From assembly GCA_964420315.1 (NCBI GenBank), contig CAYQTB010000001.1, positions 24,310-88,309 on the forward strand: DNA of 64,000 bases, written 5' to 3'. Below the pieces are notes generated by a model. It saw only the letters and a list, made by a program, of their open reading frames with translations, did no database searches and was not told the origin of the DNA. Source of the DNA: an uncultured Thiothrix sp. (GTDB lineage Bacteria; Pseudomonadota; Gammaproteobacteria; Thiotrichales; Thiotrichaceae). Positions 26,580-35,105 of the stretch are shown one piece after another. How positions within the stretch are numbered: position 1 is the stretch's first letter; each line of letters opens with the position of its first letter. The position numbers were made by a program, and so were the translations under genes.

Positions 26580-29500
26580 ATGCAAACACTCCATGCCCAA
26601 AGCGTTCCCCTCGTTGGCACAAATCTGATCGAAGCCAGCGCAGGCACGGGTAAAACTTGGACGATTTCATGGCTCTACCTGCGCCTAATCGCCGTCTACG
26701 GTCTCAAAGTCGACAAAATTCTGGTTGTCACCTACACCGAAGCTGCCACCGCCGAATTACGTGACCGCATCCGCAAACGCCTTGCCGATGCCTTAGCGTA
26801 TTTGGAAGGACGTCCACACGCGGAAACTTACGAATCATTACCCCTCGAAGCGCCAATTCACGACTGCATCCAACGCCTGCAACTGGCATTGGTCAGTTTC
26901 GACGAAGCGGCAGTTTTCACCATTCACGGTTTCTGCAAGCGTGTGTTATCCGAAAACGCCTTTGAAGCGCGGATGCCGTTTGAAACCGAGTTGGTGACAA
27001 ATGAAGACAATCTGCTCACCGAATTGACCGACAAATTTTGGTATCAGCACTTTCTCAAACCCGATGCGCTGCATTTGCGCTTGTTGCAAAAACGCGGGCT
27101 GACCCCGGATGGTTTGCTGGCAACCGTGCGCCATTTCATTGGTAAACCCTATTTGCACGCCGAGATTCTGCCTGTCACCACCGAGGCATTTGCGCAACGG
27201 CAAAGCGTTTTTGACGCTGCTTTGCAAGCTTGCCAGCAAAGTTGGGCGAGTGAACGTGAGGTGATTATCGGTTTATTGCTGGGGGACGCACTCAACGGCA
27301 GCACCTACAGCAAGCGCTATGTGCCGAATTGGGCGGGCAAACTCGATGCGTATTTCGCCACCCCGCTGGAATTGCCCATTGAGATTGCTGAGCGCTTTAC
27401 GACGACTGCGCTGACCGAGAAAACCAAGCCCGGTAAGGTGACGCCGCAACACGCTTTTTTCACGCAAGTGGATAACTTACTCGCCGCCCATGATGCGCTC
27501 TCTGAAGGTGAACAAGCTGCACTGGAATACTTGCGCCTGCAATTGCTGCACCAGTTACGCGCCGAATTACCGGTGCGTAAACAGCAACTCGGCATTCTCA
27601 CCTTTGATGATTTGCTGCTGCATTTGCGGGATGCCTTGGCACAGCACCCCGATTTCCCGCCGCGTTTGGCGCTGAAATACCAAGCAGCGCTGATTGATGA
27701 GTTTCAGGACACTGACCCGATTCAGTATGAAATTTTCGAGCGCATCTACCACGATAAACCCGAACAGCCGGTGTTTTACGTGGGCGACCCCAAACAAGCG
27801 ATTTACGGGTTTCGAGGGGCGGATATTTACACCTACCTCAAAGCCGCGCACAGCACCTCAGCGCATTACACGCTGCAACACAACTTTCGTTCACACCCTG
27901 ATTTGCTGCAAGCGCTTAACCACCTGTTCGCGCAATCTGATCAGCCGTTCCGCAGCGACATCCGCTACGAAGCGGTCAGCGCCGGTAAACCGCAGGCAGA
28001 TTTACGCATCGAGCCACCGCTTCCTCCCATCCGCCTCTGGGATTGGAACGCTCTTGACGAAGGCTACAACAGCGCTGCCGTGCAAGAATGCATTGCCGAA
28101 GCCGTTGCCAATGACATTGCCCGCTTATTAAACGCCGGTCGCGAAGGTATTGCCCTGATTGGTGAACGCCCCGTAGAAAGCCGTGACATTGCGGTACTGG
28201 TGCGCGAAAACCAACAGGGCGAACAAATCAAACGTGCTTTGCTGGCACGCGGCATTGCCAGCGTCCAAAAATCGCGAGACAGCATTTTTTGTACCCGCGA
28301 AGCCAGCGATTTCCGTGCAGTATTGCGAGCAATTGCCGAACCGGGCAATGAAGCGGCGCTTAAACAAGCCCTTGTCACCGAACTGTTTGGTTTCACGGCT
28401 CAGGATTTGTTTGCGCTGGATGAGAACCCGCAGCGATTGGAAGCCGAACTCGAAGCGTTTCACCGTTGGCATAAAACTTGGCATTCGCAAGGCTTTATGC
28501 CGATGTTTCGCCAGTGGCTGTTACAACGCCAACGCTACGCGTACTTATTAGCCTTGGTGGATGGCGAACGTCGCCTCACCAATTTGTTACATCTGGCGGA
28601 ACTGATCCATACCGAAAGCCGCTTGCAAGGGCATGGGATGCACGCGCTGATTCGCTGGTTGCAGCAAAAAGCCGAAGCGGGTGAACAAGACGAAGCACAC
28701 GAACTGCGTTTGGAAAGCGATGAGAACTTGGTACAAATTACCACCATCCACAAAAGCAAGGGGCTGGAATACGGCATTGTGTATTGCCCGTATTTGTGGG
28801 CAGAACGTGATGCCAAAGCCGGGGCGTGGTTCAGTTGGTATGACCGTGAGTCAGATGCGGGCATTTCGCGCCTGCAAGCTGAAGCGTTTGCTAGTGATGC
28901 GGCGCTTAAGTGTTTTCGCGAAGCCGAACAAGCGGAAAGTTTGCGTTTGCTGTACGTCGCGCTCACCCGTGCCAAATACCATTGCACCATTGCACTGGTC
29001 AGCGGGCGCATTAATAAATTCGACTACTATTCGGCACTCGGTTGGCTGCTATTCGGCAAGTTACCGCAGGGCAGAGAGATTCTCGGCAAATTGCGCAAAG
29101 ACGGGATGCAACCCGACGAACGCCAACGTTTGATGCACACGCAATTAACCCACTTGGTGGAACAGTCCGCTGGCGGTATCAGCCATGAAGTGTTGCCGGT
29201 TGAAGAAACACCTGTGCGTTACCAAGCAGACAGCGGGCAATGGCAACCCAGCATCCGCCGTTACCAGCCACGTTATGCGCCGGTTCCCAAAGTCGGCAGT
29301 TTCAGCGGTTTGGCATCAGGCAAGGAAGATGAACGCCCGGACTATGACACGCTGGTTGTTACCTCGGTCGCTGAGCGAAGTCGCAGCGATGCATTTCCAC
29401 GCGGTGCAACAGCCGGCAGTTGCTTGCACAAAATGCTGGAGGAACTCGACTTCACCCAAGCACTTGCCACCCAACACGAGAGCGTATTGCTACCGGCATT

Positions 29501-30107
29501 GAAACGCCACGGCTTGCCCGAACGCTGGCTACCCGCTGGTGTGCAACTGCTGGAAAATGCTCTCAATACGCCGTTGCCTGCCGTTAATTTGCGTTTGTGC
29601 GACCTTTCCAAAACACAACGCCTTGACGAACTCGAATTTTATTTCCCAGTAGAGCGCTTGCGTCTGAAACCGTTGCAAACCTTGTTGCACCAGCACTTGC
29701 CCACCGAATGGGAAGCCATTCACACCGCTATCGATAAGCTGAAGTTCAATGACTTAACCGGTTATATGAAAGGCTACATTGATTTGGTGTTTACGGCTGA
29801 TGGGCAGTATTTTGTGGTGGATTACAAGTCGAATGATCTGGGCGCAACGCCTGCCGATTATGGTTTTGAGGCGATGCAAGAGGCGATGGCGGAACACCAT
29901 TACTACCTGCAATACCTGATCTATTGTTTAGCCTTGCATCGCTATTTGCAGCAGCGCTTGCCGGGGTATGCTTGGGAACGGCATATGGGGGGGGCTTTGT
30001 ATTTATTTTTGCGTGGCATGGTACCGGAACAAGCAGGTTCCGGCGTATTCTTTCATAAGCCAACGTTTACTTTGATTGAGGCGTTGGAGCACGCAATGGG
30101 TCAGTAA
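26580..30107 (+). CDS. recB: RecB-family helicase-nuclease (exodeoxyribonuclease V beta-like), 1175 aa
   Basis: LIEASAGTGKTWTI, LIDEFQDTDPIQ, VGDPKQAIYGFRGADI, TIHKSKGLEY and the nuclease motif GYIDLVF..VVDYKSN..QYLIYCLALHRYL. The ATG lies 3 nt after the res stop. Confidence 0.85.
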   Translation: MQTLHAQSVPLVGTNLIEASAGTGKTWTISWLYLRLIAVYGLKVDKILVVTYTEAATAELRDRIRKRLADALAYLEGRPHAETYESLPLEAPIHDCIQRLQLALVSFDEAAVFTIHGFCKRVLSENAFEARMPFETELVTNEDNLLTELTDKFWYQHFLKPDALHLRLLQKRGLTPDGLLATVRHFIGKPYLHAEILPVTTEAFAQRQSVFDAALQACQQSWASEREVIIGLLLGDALNGSTYSKRYVPNWAGKLDAYFATPLELPIEIAERFTTTALTEKTKPGKVTPQHAFFTQVDNLLAAHDALSEGEQAALEYLRLQLLHQLRAELPVRKQQLGILTFDDLLLHLRDALAQHPDFPPRLALKYQAALIDEFQDTDPIQYEIFERIYHDKPEQPVFYVGDPKQAIYGFRGADIYTYLKAAHSTSAHYTLQHNFRSHPDLLQALNHLFAQSDQPFRSDIRYEAVSAGKPQADLRIEPPLPPIRLWDWNALDEGYNSAAVQECIAEAVANDIARLLNAGREGIALIGERPVESRDIAVLVRENQQGEQIKRALLARGIASVQKSRDSIFCTREASDFRAVLRAIAEPGNEAALKQALVTELFGFTAQDLFALDENPQRLEAELEAFHRWHKTWHSQGFMPMFRQWLLQRQRYAYLLALVDGERRLTNLLHLAELIHTESRLQGHGMHALIRWLQQKAEAGEQDEAHELRLESDENLVQITTIHKSKGLEYGIVYCPYLWAERDAKAGAWFSWYDRESDAGISRLQAEAFASDAALKCFREAEQAESLRLLYVALTRAKYHCTIALVSGRINKFDYYSALGWLLFGKLPQGREILGKLRKDGMQPDERQRLMHTQLTHLVEQSAGGISHEVLPVEETPVRYQADSGQWQPSIRRYQPRYAPVPKVGSFSGLASGKEDERPDYDTLVVTSVAERSRSDAFPRGATAGSCLHKMLEELDFTQALATQHESVLLPALKRHGLPERWLPAGVQLLENALNTPLPAVNLRLCDLSKTQRLDELEFYFPVERLRLKPLQTLLHQHLPTEWEAIHTAIDKLKFNDLTGYMKGYIDLVFTADGQYFVVDYKSNDLGATPADYGFEAMQEAMAEHHYYLQYLIYCLALHRYLQQRLPGYAWERHMGGALYLFLRGMVPEQAGSGVFFHKPTFTLIEALEHAMGQ

Positions 30108-30803
30108 TCAATGGGGTAAATCACGGGCGTATTCGAGCAAGACCGTTTCCAAGCGTGCAAAGGCTTCGGGTTTGGGGCTAGACCCCGGAAAACTTTGGTA
30201 GATCAGTTGTTTTTCTTTGCCGTCCAGCATGATGTCAAGGGTTTGGCGGTAATGGCGTTGCCCCGCTTTCGCACCACCAAAAGTATCGCGTTTGAGGGTG
30301 AGTGCGCCACTTTCTTTGATCACGGCATACAGATTGTCGAGATCTTCGGGGCGCAAGGCGAGGCTGATGGTTTTGAGATCCTCCTCTTGCCAGCAAGGGG
30401 TGCTTTTTACCCATTGGGCGCAACGCCCGGCGGTATCTTCAAAATAGGTGTAGCTGAGGATGCCGTTTGCCAGTGTGATTTCGGTGTAGAAGCTTTCACC
30501 TGTAGCGAGAAAGCGTAGCGAGAACTCGTTGCCCGGTAGCGTTTGCTGGGCAAGGTTAGGGATTTTCAGGGTATTGGATTTTTCGGGAGGCGTGGGCATG
30601 GTTTCCGGCTCCGGTGTAACGATGGCAGTGGCATCAGCAGGTTGCAGTCGGTCAGCGTCGGGGATAATGACGGGTTCTGCTATTGATTCGACGGGGGGAG
30701 CAGGCGGTGGCGGGGCTGGTTCACGTTGTTCACAGCCACTCAAGGGCAGCAATGTTAGCCAGAGCAGGTAGTAAGCAGAGGGGATGACGTTAGCTTGTTT
30801 CAT
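30108..30803 (-). CDS. hypothetical lipoprotein with Pro-rich linker
   Basis: Lipobox LLPLSGC; linker PAPPPPAPP..TPEPETMPTPPE; no family recognised. Its start lies 14 nt after the suhB stop. Its stop codon directly abuts the recB stop. Confidence 0.6.
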   Translation of the reverse strand: MKQANVIPSAYYLLWLTLLPLSGCEQREPAPPPPAPPVESIAEPVIIPDADRLQPADATAIVTPEPETMPTPPEKSNTLKIPNLAQQTLPGNEFSLRFLATGESFYTEITLANGILSYTYFEDTAGRCAQWVKSTPCWQEEDLKTISLALRPEDLDNLYAVIKESGALTLKRDTFGGAKAGQRHYRQTLDIMLDGKEKQLIYQSFPGSSPKPEAFARLETVLLEYARDLPH

Positions 30804-30817
30804 CCCCTGATTTTAGT

Positions 30818-31606
30818 TTATTTCGCTATGACCGGATGCAGGCGTTTGATCATTTCCTTGAAGACTTTCGGGTTAGCCGCGACTACATCGCCGGTTTTCA
30901 AGAATGTGCTGTCGCCTTTCATGTCACCGATTAAGCCACCGGCTTCCTGCACCAGCAGCACACCTGCTGCGATGTCCCATTCATTCAGACCGAACTCCCA
31001 GAAACCATCAAAGCGACCACTGGCAACATAAGCCAGATCCAGCGCGGCTGAACCGGGGCGGCGCACGCCAGCGGTATCCGGCAGCAGGGCTTTCATGGTT
31101 TGCAGGTACAGATCGAGATTCTGATTGGCGCGAAAGGGGACACCCGTACCCAGCAACGCATTGTGCATGGTGCTGCGTTCAGACACGCGGATGCGTCGAC
31201 CGTTCAACGTAGCACCTTCGCCACGCGCGGCGGCAAAGGTTTCATCACGCAATGGGTCATACACCACGCCGACCATTAAACGTCCTTTGTGTTTCATGGC
31301 GATGGAAACCGAATAGTGGGGGATGCCGTACAGGAAATTGGTAGTGCCATCCAGCGGGTCAATGATCCATTCATAATCGCTGTCAACGCCTTGCTTACCA
31401 CTCTCTTCGCCCATGAATGCATGGTCAGGGTAGGCGCGTTGCAGCAAACGCACAATACCTTGCTCGGCTTGGCGGTCAACCTCGCTGACAAAATCATTGT
31501 GTGCTTTGTTTTCGACATTCAGCTTATGCACTTTGTTGGCGTAGTGGCGAATGCCTTCGCCAGCTTCGCGTGCGGCTTCTATTGCTTTTCTGAGCATTGG
31601 GTGCAT
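30818..31606 (-). CDS. suhB: inositol-1-monophosphatase
   Basis: WIIDPLDGTTNF, HYSVSIA and WDIAAG motifs. I chose the ATG at 31606 (MHPMLRKAIEAAREAG), which has GGAG upstream. Confidence 0.9.
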   Translation of the reverse strand: MHPMLRKAIEAAREAGEGIRHYANKVHKLNVENKAHNDFVSEVDRQAEQGIVRLLQRAYPDHAFMGEESGKQGVDSDYEWIIDPLDGTTNFLYGIPHYSVSIAMKHKGRLMVGVVYDPLRDETFAAARGEGATLNGRRIRVSERSTMHNALLGTGVPFRANQNLDLYLQTMKALLPDTAGVRRPGSAALDLAYVASGRFDGFWEFGLNEWDIAAGVLLVQEAGGLIGDMKGDSTFLKTGDVVAANPKVFKEMIKRLHPVIAK

Positions 31607-31822
31607 CAGCAAACTCCGGTACAGGGGATATTACGGGGCGTCAGGATAGCACAAGCAGGCGGGTTTCTGCACGGTGTTGCGGAAAGGAAAGAAAGTTCCA
31701 ACAATTTTTTTATTTAAGTCAGAAAAAAAATCGAATTGTGTTTTTTTCGCGGGAAACTAATCTTAATGCGAGTTCTTTATTAAAAATCATCTAATCATAA
31801 ATAGAGTAAGCAGGTCTATAAA

Positions 31823-32191
31823 ATGGCAACTATGAAAGTTCGTAAAGGGTTATCGGTAGTGTCGCTTGTTTTTTTATCATTAATGGCGATACAGGTTAAT
31901 AGCGCTCCAATACAGGCATTAGCAGGTGCTGATGCGCCTAAGTCCAAAGTATTGTTAATGGCTACGTTGAATAATGGGCCAGCGATGCAACCCGTAACGT
32001 GGACAGTTTATCGCCTAGAGAATGGTCAGGCGATCTATAATCAATCAGTGAAGCTCCATTCCGCGAATATTGAATTGGAGCCGGGGTTTTACCGTGCTGA
32101 TGTCAAGCTCGATAATGAAGGCATTAGTCGATCCCGCGTTTTTGATTTAACTAATGTCAGTAGCAGTAATGTTATTGTGGCAATGGACTGA
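31823..32191 (+). CDS. small secreted hypothetical protein
   Basis: 122 aa; signal peptide ..VVSLVFLSLMAIQVNSAP; sits in an AT-rich islet; no family recognised. Confidence 0.45.
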   Translation: MATMKVRKGLSVVSLVFLSLMAIQVNSAPIQALAGADAPKSKVLLMATLNNGPAMQPVTWTVYRLENGQAIYNQSVKLHSANIELEPGFYRADVKLDNEGISRSRVFDLTNVSSSNVIVAMD

Positions 32192-32215
32192 GAATAACCA
32201 TGCAGCAGGCACTTT

Positions 32216-32250
32216 AAGTGGGCGTATCGGAGATTTTAATACGCCCACTT
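32216..32250. terminator. bidirectional terminator hairpin between convergent genes
   Basis: 11-bp perfect stem aagtgggcgta (32216-32226) / tacgcccactt (32240-32250) with a 13-nt loop. T-rich on the + side (tcgttt). Confidence 0.55.
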
Positions 32251-32254
32251 TCGT

Positions 32255-32710
32255 TTAGTGCGTTACCCTAGCTTTACCGTCTTGACTGGTTAATAGCTTA
32301 ACTGGATCGCCGATTGAAAAACGTTCATCCGCTAATTGTGCAATTGCCACGGTGCGGTTATCTTCTAAGCGCACGGTAATTTCAATACCCGGTTTGGCTT
32401 GAATGCTGCGGTCGAGTGCAATGCCTACTGTGCCACCGATTACTGCTCCGGCGACGCTGCCAATCACTTGCCCTCTGCCTTGCCCAATGTCACTGCCTGC
32501 TACCCCACCAATCACGCCGCCCGCTACTTTGCCCGTTTCGGCATTGTCTTCGCGGATCATGACATTGCGCAAACCAATGACTGTGCCGAATTTTACTTCT
32601 TGCAGTGTACCCGCCTGAGCGGTGGTGTAAGTATTGCTGGATGGCATAATAGAGCATCCCCCCAATACCAGCGGGAGCAGTAAGATGCCCGCGTAAAAGC
32701 CCGATTTCAT
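32255..32710 (-). CDS. glycine-zipper outer-membrane lipoprotein (SlyB / 17-kDa antigen-like)
   Basis: Lipobox LVLGGC; glycine zipper GGVIGGVAGSDIGQGRGQVIGSVAGAVIGGTVG. Confidence 0.75.
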   Translation of the reverse strand: MKSGFYAGILLLPLVLGGCSIMPSSNTYTTAQAGTLQEVKFGTVIGLRNVMIREDNAETGKVAGGVIGGVAGSDIGQGRGQVIGSVAGAVIGGTVGIALDRSIQAKPGIEITVRLEDNRTVAIAQLADERFSIGDPVKLLTSQDGKARVTH

Positions 32711-32720
32711 GTGTTTTACC

Positions 32721-33140
32721 TCATTGTTTCTTTAAGCATTCAAGATAGGCGGCTTCATCCGGCATGGTTCGGTGGCGTTGTGCTAGCCAGATGCTTTCTG
32801 CCAGACAATCCATCATGCGGTGTTCCGCCCCGTTACTGCCGTATTTGATCACCAATTGCCGGTAAAGTTCGCGAATTCCAGTCGGGCGGTCAGTGGCAAC
32901 TTGTTCACGAATCCCAAGGTGTAAGCCCATGTGTAAAAATGGGTTGGTTTCGCCATTGTCAGGCAGGTAGTCGCGTTGTATCGCGCTGTCGGCGGCGGCG
33001 AGGATGTGATGGTATTCGGGGTGTTCCGCAATCACGCTGGCAATCTGGGTTTCTAACGCATCTAGCGGTTGTTTTTGTTGAAACTTCTGCCAGCATTGCG
33101 CGTAATAGCGGCGCATGGCATCGCGGTCATTGCCAAACAT
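32721..33140 (-). CDS. DUF1841 family protein
   Basis: 139 aa; RRYYAQCWQKFQQKQPLDALE..HPEYHHIL..NPFLHMGLHL is typical of DUF1841. Confidence 0.7.
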   Translation of the reverse strand: MFGNDRDAMRRYYAQCWQKFQQKQPLDALETQIASVIAEHPEYHHILAAADSAIQRDYLPDNGETNPFLHMGLHLGIREQVATDRPTGIRELYRQLVIKYGSNGAEHRMMDCLAESIWLAQRHRTMPDEAAYLECLKKQ

Positions 33141-33772
33141 TAGACGGTTTTCTCCTTGAAATCACACAGGTCGACAATCAGGCATTGCCCGCATTGAGGG
33201 GTACGTGCTAGGCAAGTATAACGCCCGTGCAGAATTAGCCAATGGTGCGCATCCAATAAATATTCCTTAGGAATGTGTTTGAGCAGACCTTTTTCCACAG
33301 CCAGCACGTTTTTACCGGGGGCAATACCGGTGCGGTTGGCGACGCGGAAAATGTGCGTATCCACTGCCATAGTCGGTTGATGAAACGCGGTATTTAACAC
33401 CACATTGGCGGTTTTACGCCCAACACCGGGTAATGCTTCCAACGCAGTGCGGTCTTGCGGCACTTGTGAATTATGTTTTTCCACAAGGATACGGCAGGTT
33501 TCGATAATATGGTTAGCTTTGCTATTAAATAAACCAATGGTTTTAATGTAAGCCTTTAAACCGTCCACGCCGAGCGCAACAATGGCTTCTGGGGTATTGG
33601 CAGCGGGGAATAAATGCGCCGTGGCTTTATTCACGCCTTTATCGGTGGCTTGTGCGGAAAGAATCACGGCAATCAGCAATTCAAAGGTGCTGTTATAAAC
33701 CAATTCAGTCGTCGGGTTTGGGTTCGCCTCGCGCAGGCGGCGGAAGATCTCTTCCCGCTTGGCTTTATTCAC
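33140..33772 (-). CDS. nth: endonuclease III
   Basis: HhH motif LPGVGRKTANVVL; catalytic VDTH; Fe-S cluster loop CLARTPQCGQCLIVDLC. It follows rnfE, as in the E. coli rsx-nth operon. Confidence 0.93.
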   Translation of the reverse strand: MNKAKREEIFRRLREANPNPTTELVYNSTFELLIAVILSAQATDKGVNKATAHLFPAANTPEAIVALGVDGLKAYIKTIGLFNSKANHIIETCRILVEKHNSQVPQDRTALEALPGVGRKTANVVLNTAFHQPTMAVDTHIFRVANRTGIAPGKNVLAVEKGLLKHIPKEYLLDAHHWLILHGRYTCLARTPQCGQCLIVDLCDFKEKTV

Positions 33773-34461
33773 GCCGTTTCGCCAAGGTTATTAATGGGCA
33801 CGGTTTTAGCAGATTTAGCCGTTTGAGCCATGCGTTTGTCGATGTAATTTTTTAGCGCTACTAAAAAACCTAAGCCGATAAATGCACCAGGAGGTAGGGC
33901 TGCGAGTAATAAACCCTTGAAATCGTCACTCAAGGTCAGGGTTAAACCGCGTGCGGCTTCGCCAAACATGAGGTGAGCTTGCGCAAATAATGTTCCATTG
34001 GCAAGCAATTCACGCATCCCGCCTAAAACAACCAGCACTAATAAGAAACCAACCCCCATCATTAAACTGTCGTATCCCGCATGGAGTGGCGGATTTTTGG
34101 AGGCATAGGCTTCCGAGCGCCCAATCACAATGCAGTTAGTGACAATTAATGGGATAAAAATACCGAGAATATTGTACAGGTCGTGAAAATACGCCCGCAT
34201 CAGCATTTCGATCAGTGTGACATTGCCCGCAATAATCAACACGAAAGCGGGGATGCGGATTTCGGGGCGAATGTAATCCCGCACGGTGGCAATGGCGAGA
34301 TTCGATGCCACCAGTGCCAGTAACGTGGCTAAGCCCAGCCCCAAGCCGTTGACGAAATTGGTCGTGACCGCCATCAGCGGACATAAACCCAACAGTTGCA
34401 CCAAGCCGGGGTTATTGTGCCACAAGCCTGCGACGGTCAGTTCACGGTAAGTTGCATTCAT
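33769..34461 (-). CDS. rnfE: electron transport complex subunit RnfE
   Basis: LWHNNPGLVQLLGLCPLMAVT. The ATG at 34461 forms an ATGA overlap with the rnfG stop; the longer ORF-track start was rejected. Confidence 0.9.
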   Translation of the reverse strand: MNATYRELTVAGLWHNNPGLVQLLGLCPLMAVTTNFVNGLGLGLATLLALVASNLAIATVRDYIRPEIRIPAFVLIIAGNVTLIEMLMRAYFHDLYNILGIFIPLIVTNCIVIGRSEAYASKNPPLHAGYDSLMMGVGFLLVLVVLGGMRELLANGTLFAQAHLMFGEAARGLTLTLSDDFKGLLLAALPPGAFIGLGFLVALKNYIDKRMAQTAKSAKTVPINNLGETA

Positions 34462-35105
34462 GGCTGTGTTCCTTGTGCAGGCGCTTTGAGGGTAAACAGA
34501 CTGGAAAAGTGGTGTTGCGACCATTCTAGGGTGCGTTTGACTGCACCGACAACGGCTCGTGGGGTAATGGTTGCGCCGGTAAACTGATCAAATTCGCCGC
34601 CATCTTTGCGTACTGCCCATAATGGTGGCGCAGGGTTCTGCAAAGATTTTTCGGCAAAGCTCAAAATCCACGGGTGCTTGTCAGCTTCAATTTTATCGCC
34701 CAACCCCGGTGTTTCTTTGTGCGCCAATACCCGCACACCTGCCAGCGTTTGATCCGCACGGATACCAACGGCAAGGCGAATTTTGCCACTGTAGCCATCT
34801 GCCGCACTGACGATGAAAAGTGCAGCGACAGGCACACCTTGTTTACTAGCACGGTACACGGTTACGTCTTCAGCGCTACCGAAATCCGCAGCGGGTAACA
34901 CCTGTTTGCTGGCGAGTAAATCGTTATCGTAGGTCTGCTTATCCACCAGCAAGTTCAGTTGCTTTAAGGTGGCGGCACGTTCATTGGCTTCGACTGTGGG
35001 TAAGGTCAGGTCATACACCGATGCCAAGGCTAACGTACCAAGTAAAGCAAATCCGGCAAGGAATGCGCCGGGTTTGATAATTTGTTTAAGCAGCGGCTCA
35101 GTCAT
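34458..35105 (-). CDS. rnfG: electron transport complex subunit RnfG
   Basis: 215 aa; N-terminal TM; FMN-attachment context ETPGLG; FDQFTGATITPRAV. Confidence 0.88.
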   Translation of the reverse strand: MTEPLLKQIIKPGAFLAGFALLGTLALASVYDLTLPTVEANERAATLKQLNLLVDKQTYDNDLLASKQVLPAADFGSAEDVTVYRASKQGVPVAALFIVSAADGYSGKIRLAVGIRADQTLAGVRVLAHKETPGLGDKIEADKHPWILSFAEKSLQNPAPPLWAVRKDGGEFDQFTGATITPRAVVGAVKRTLEWSQHHFSSLFTLKAPAQGTQP

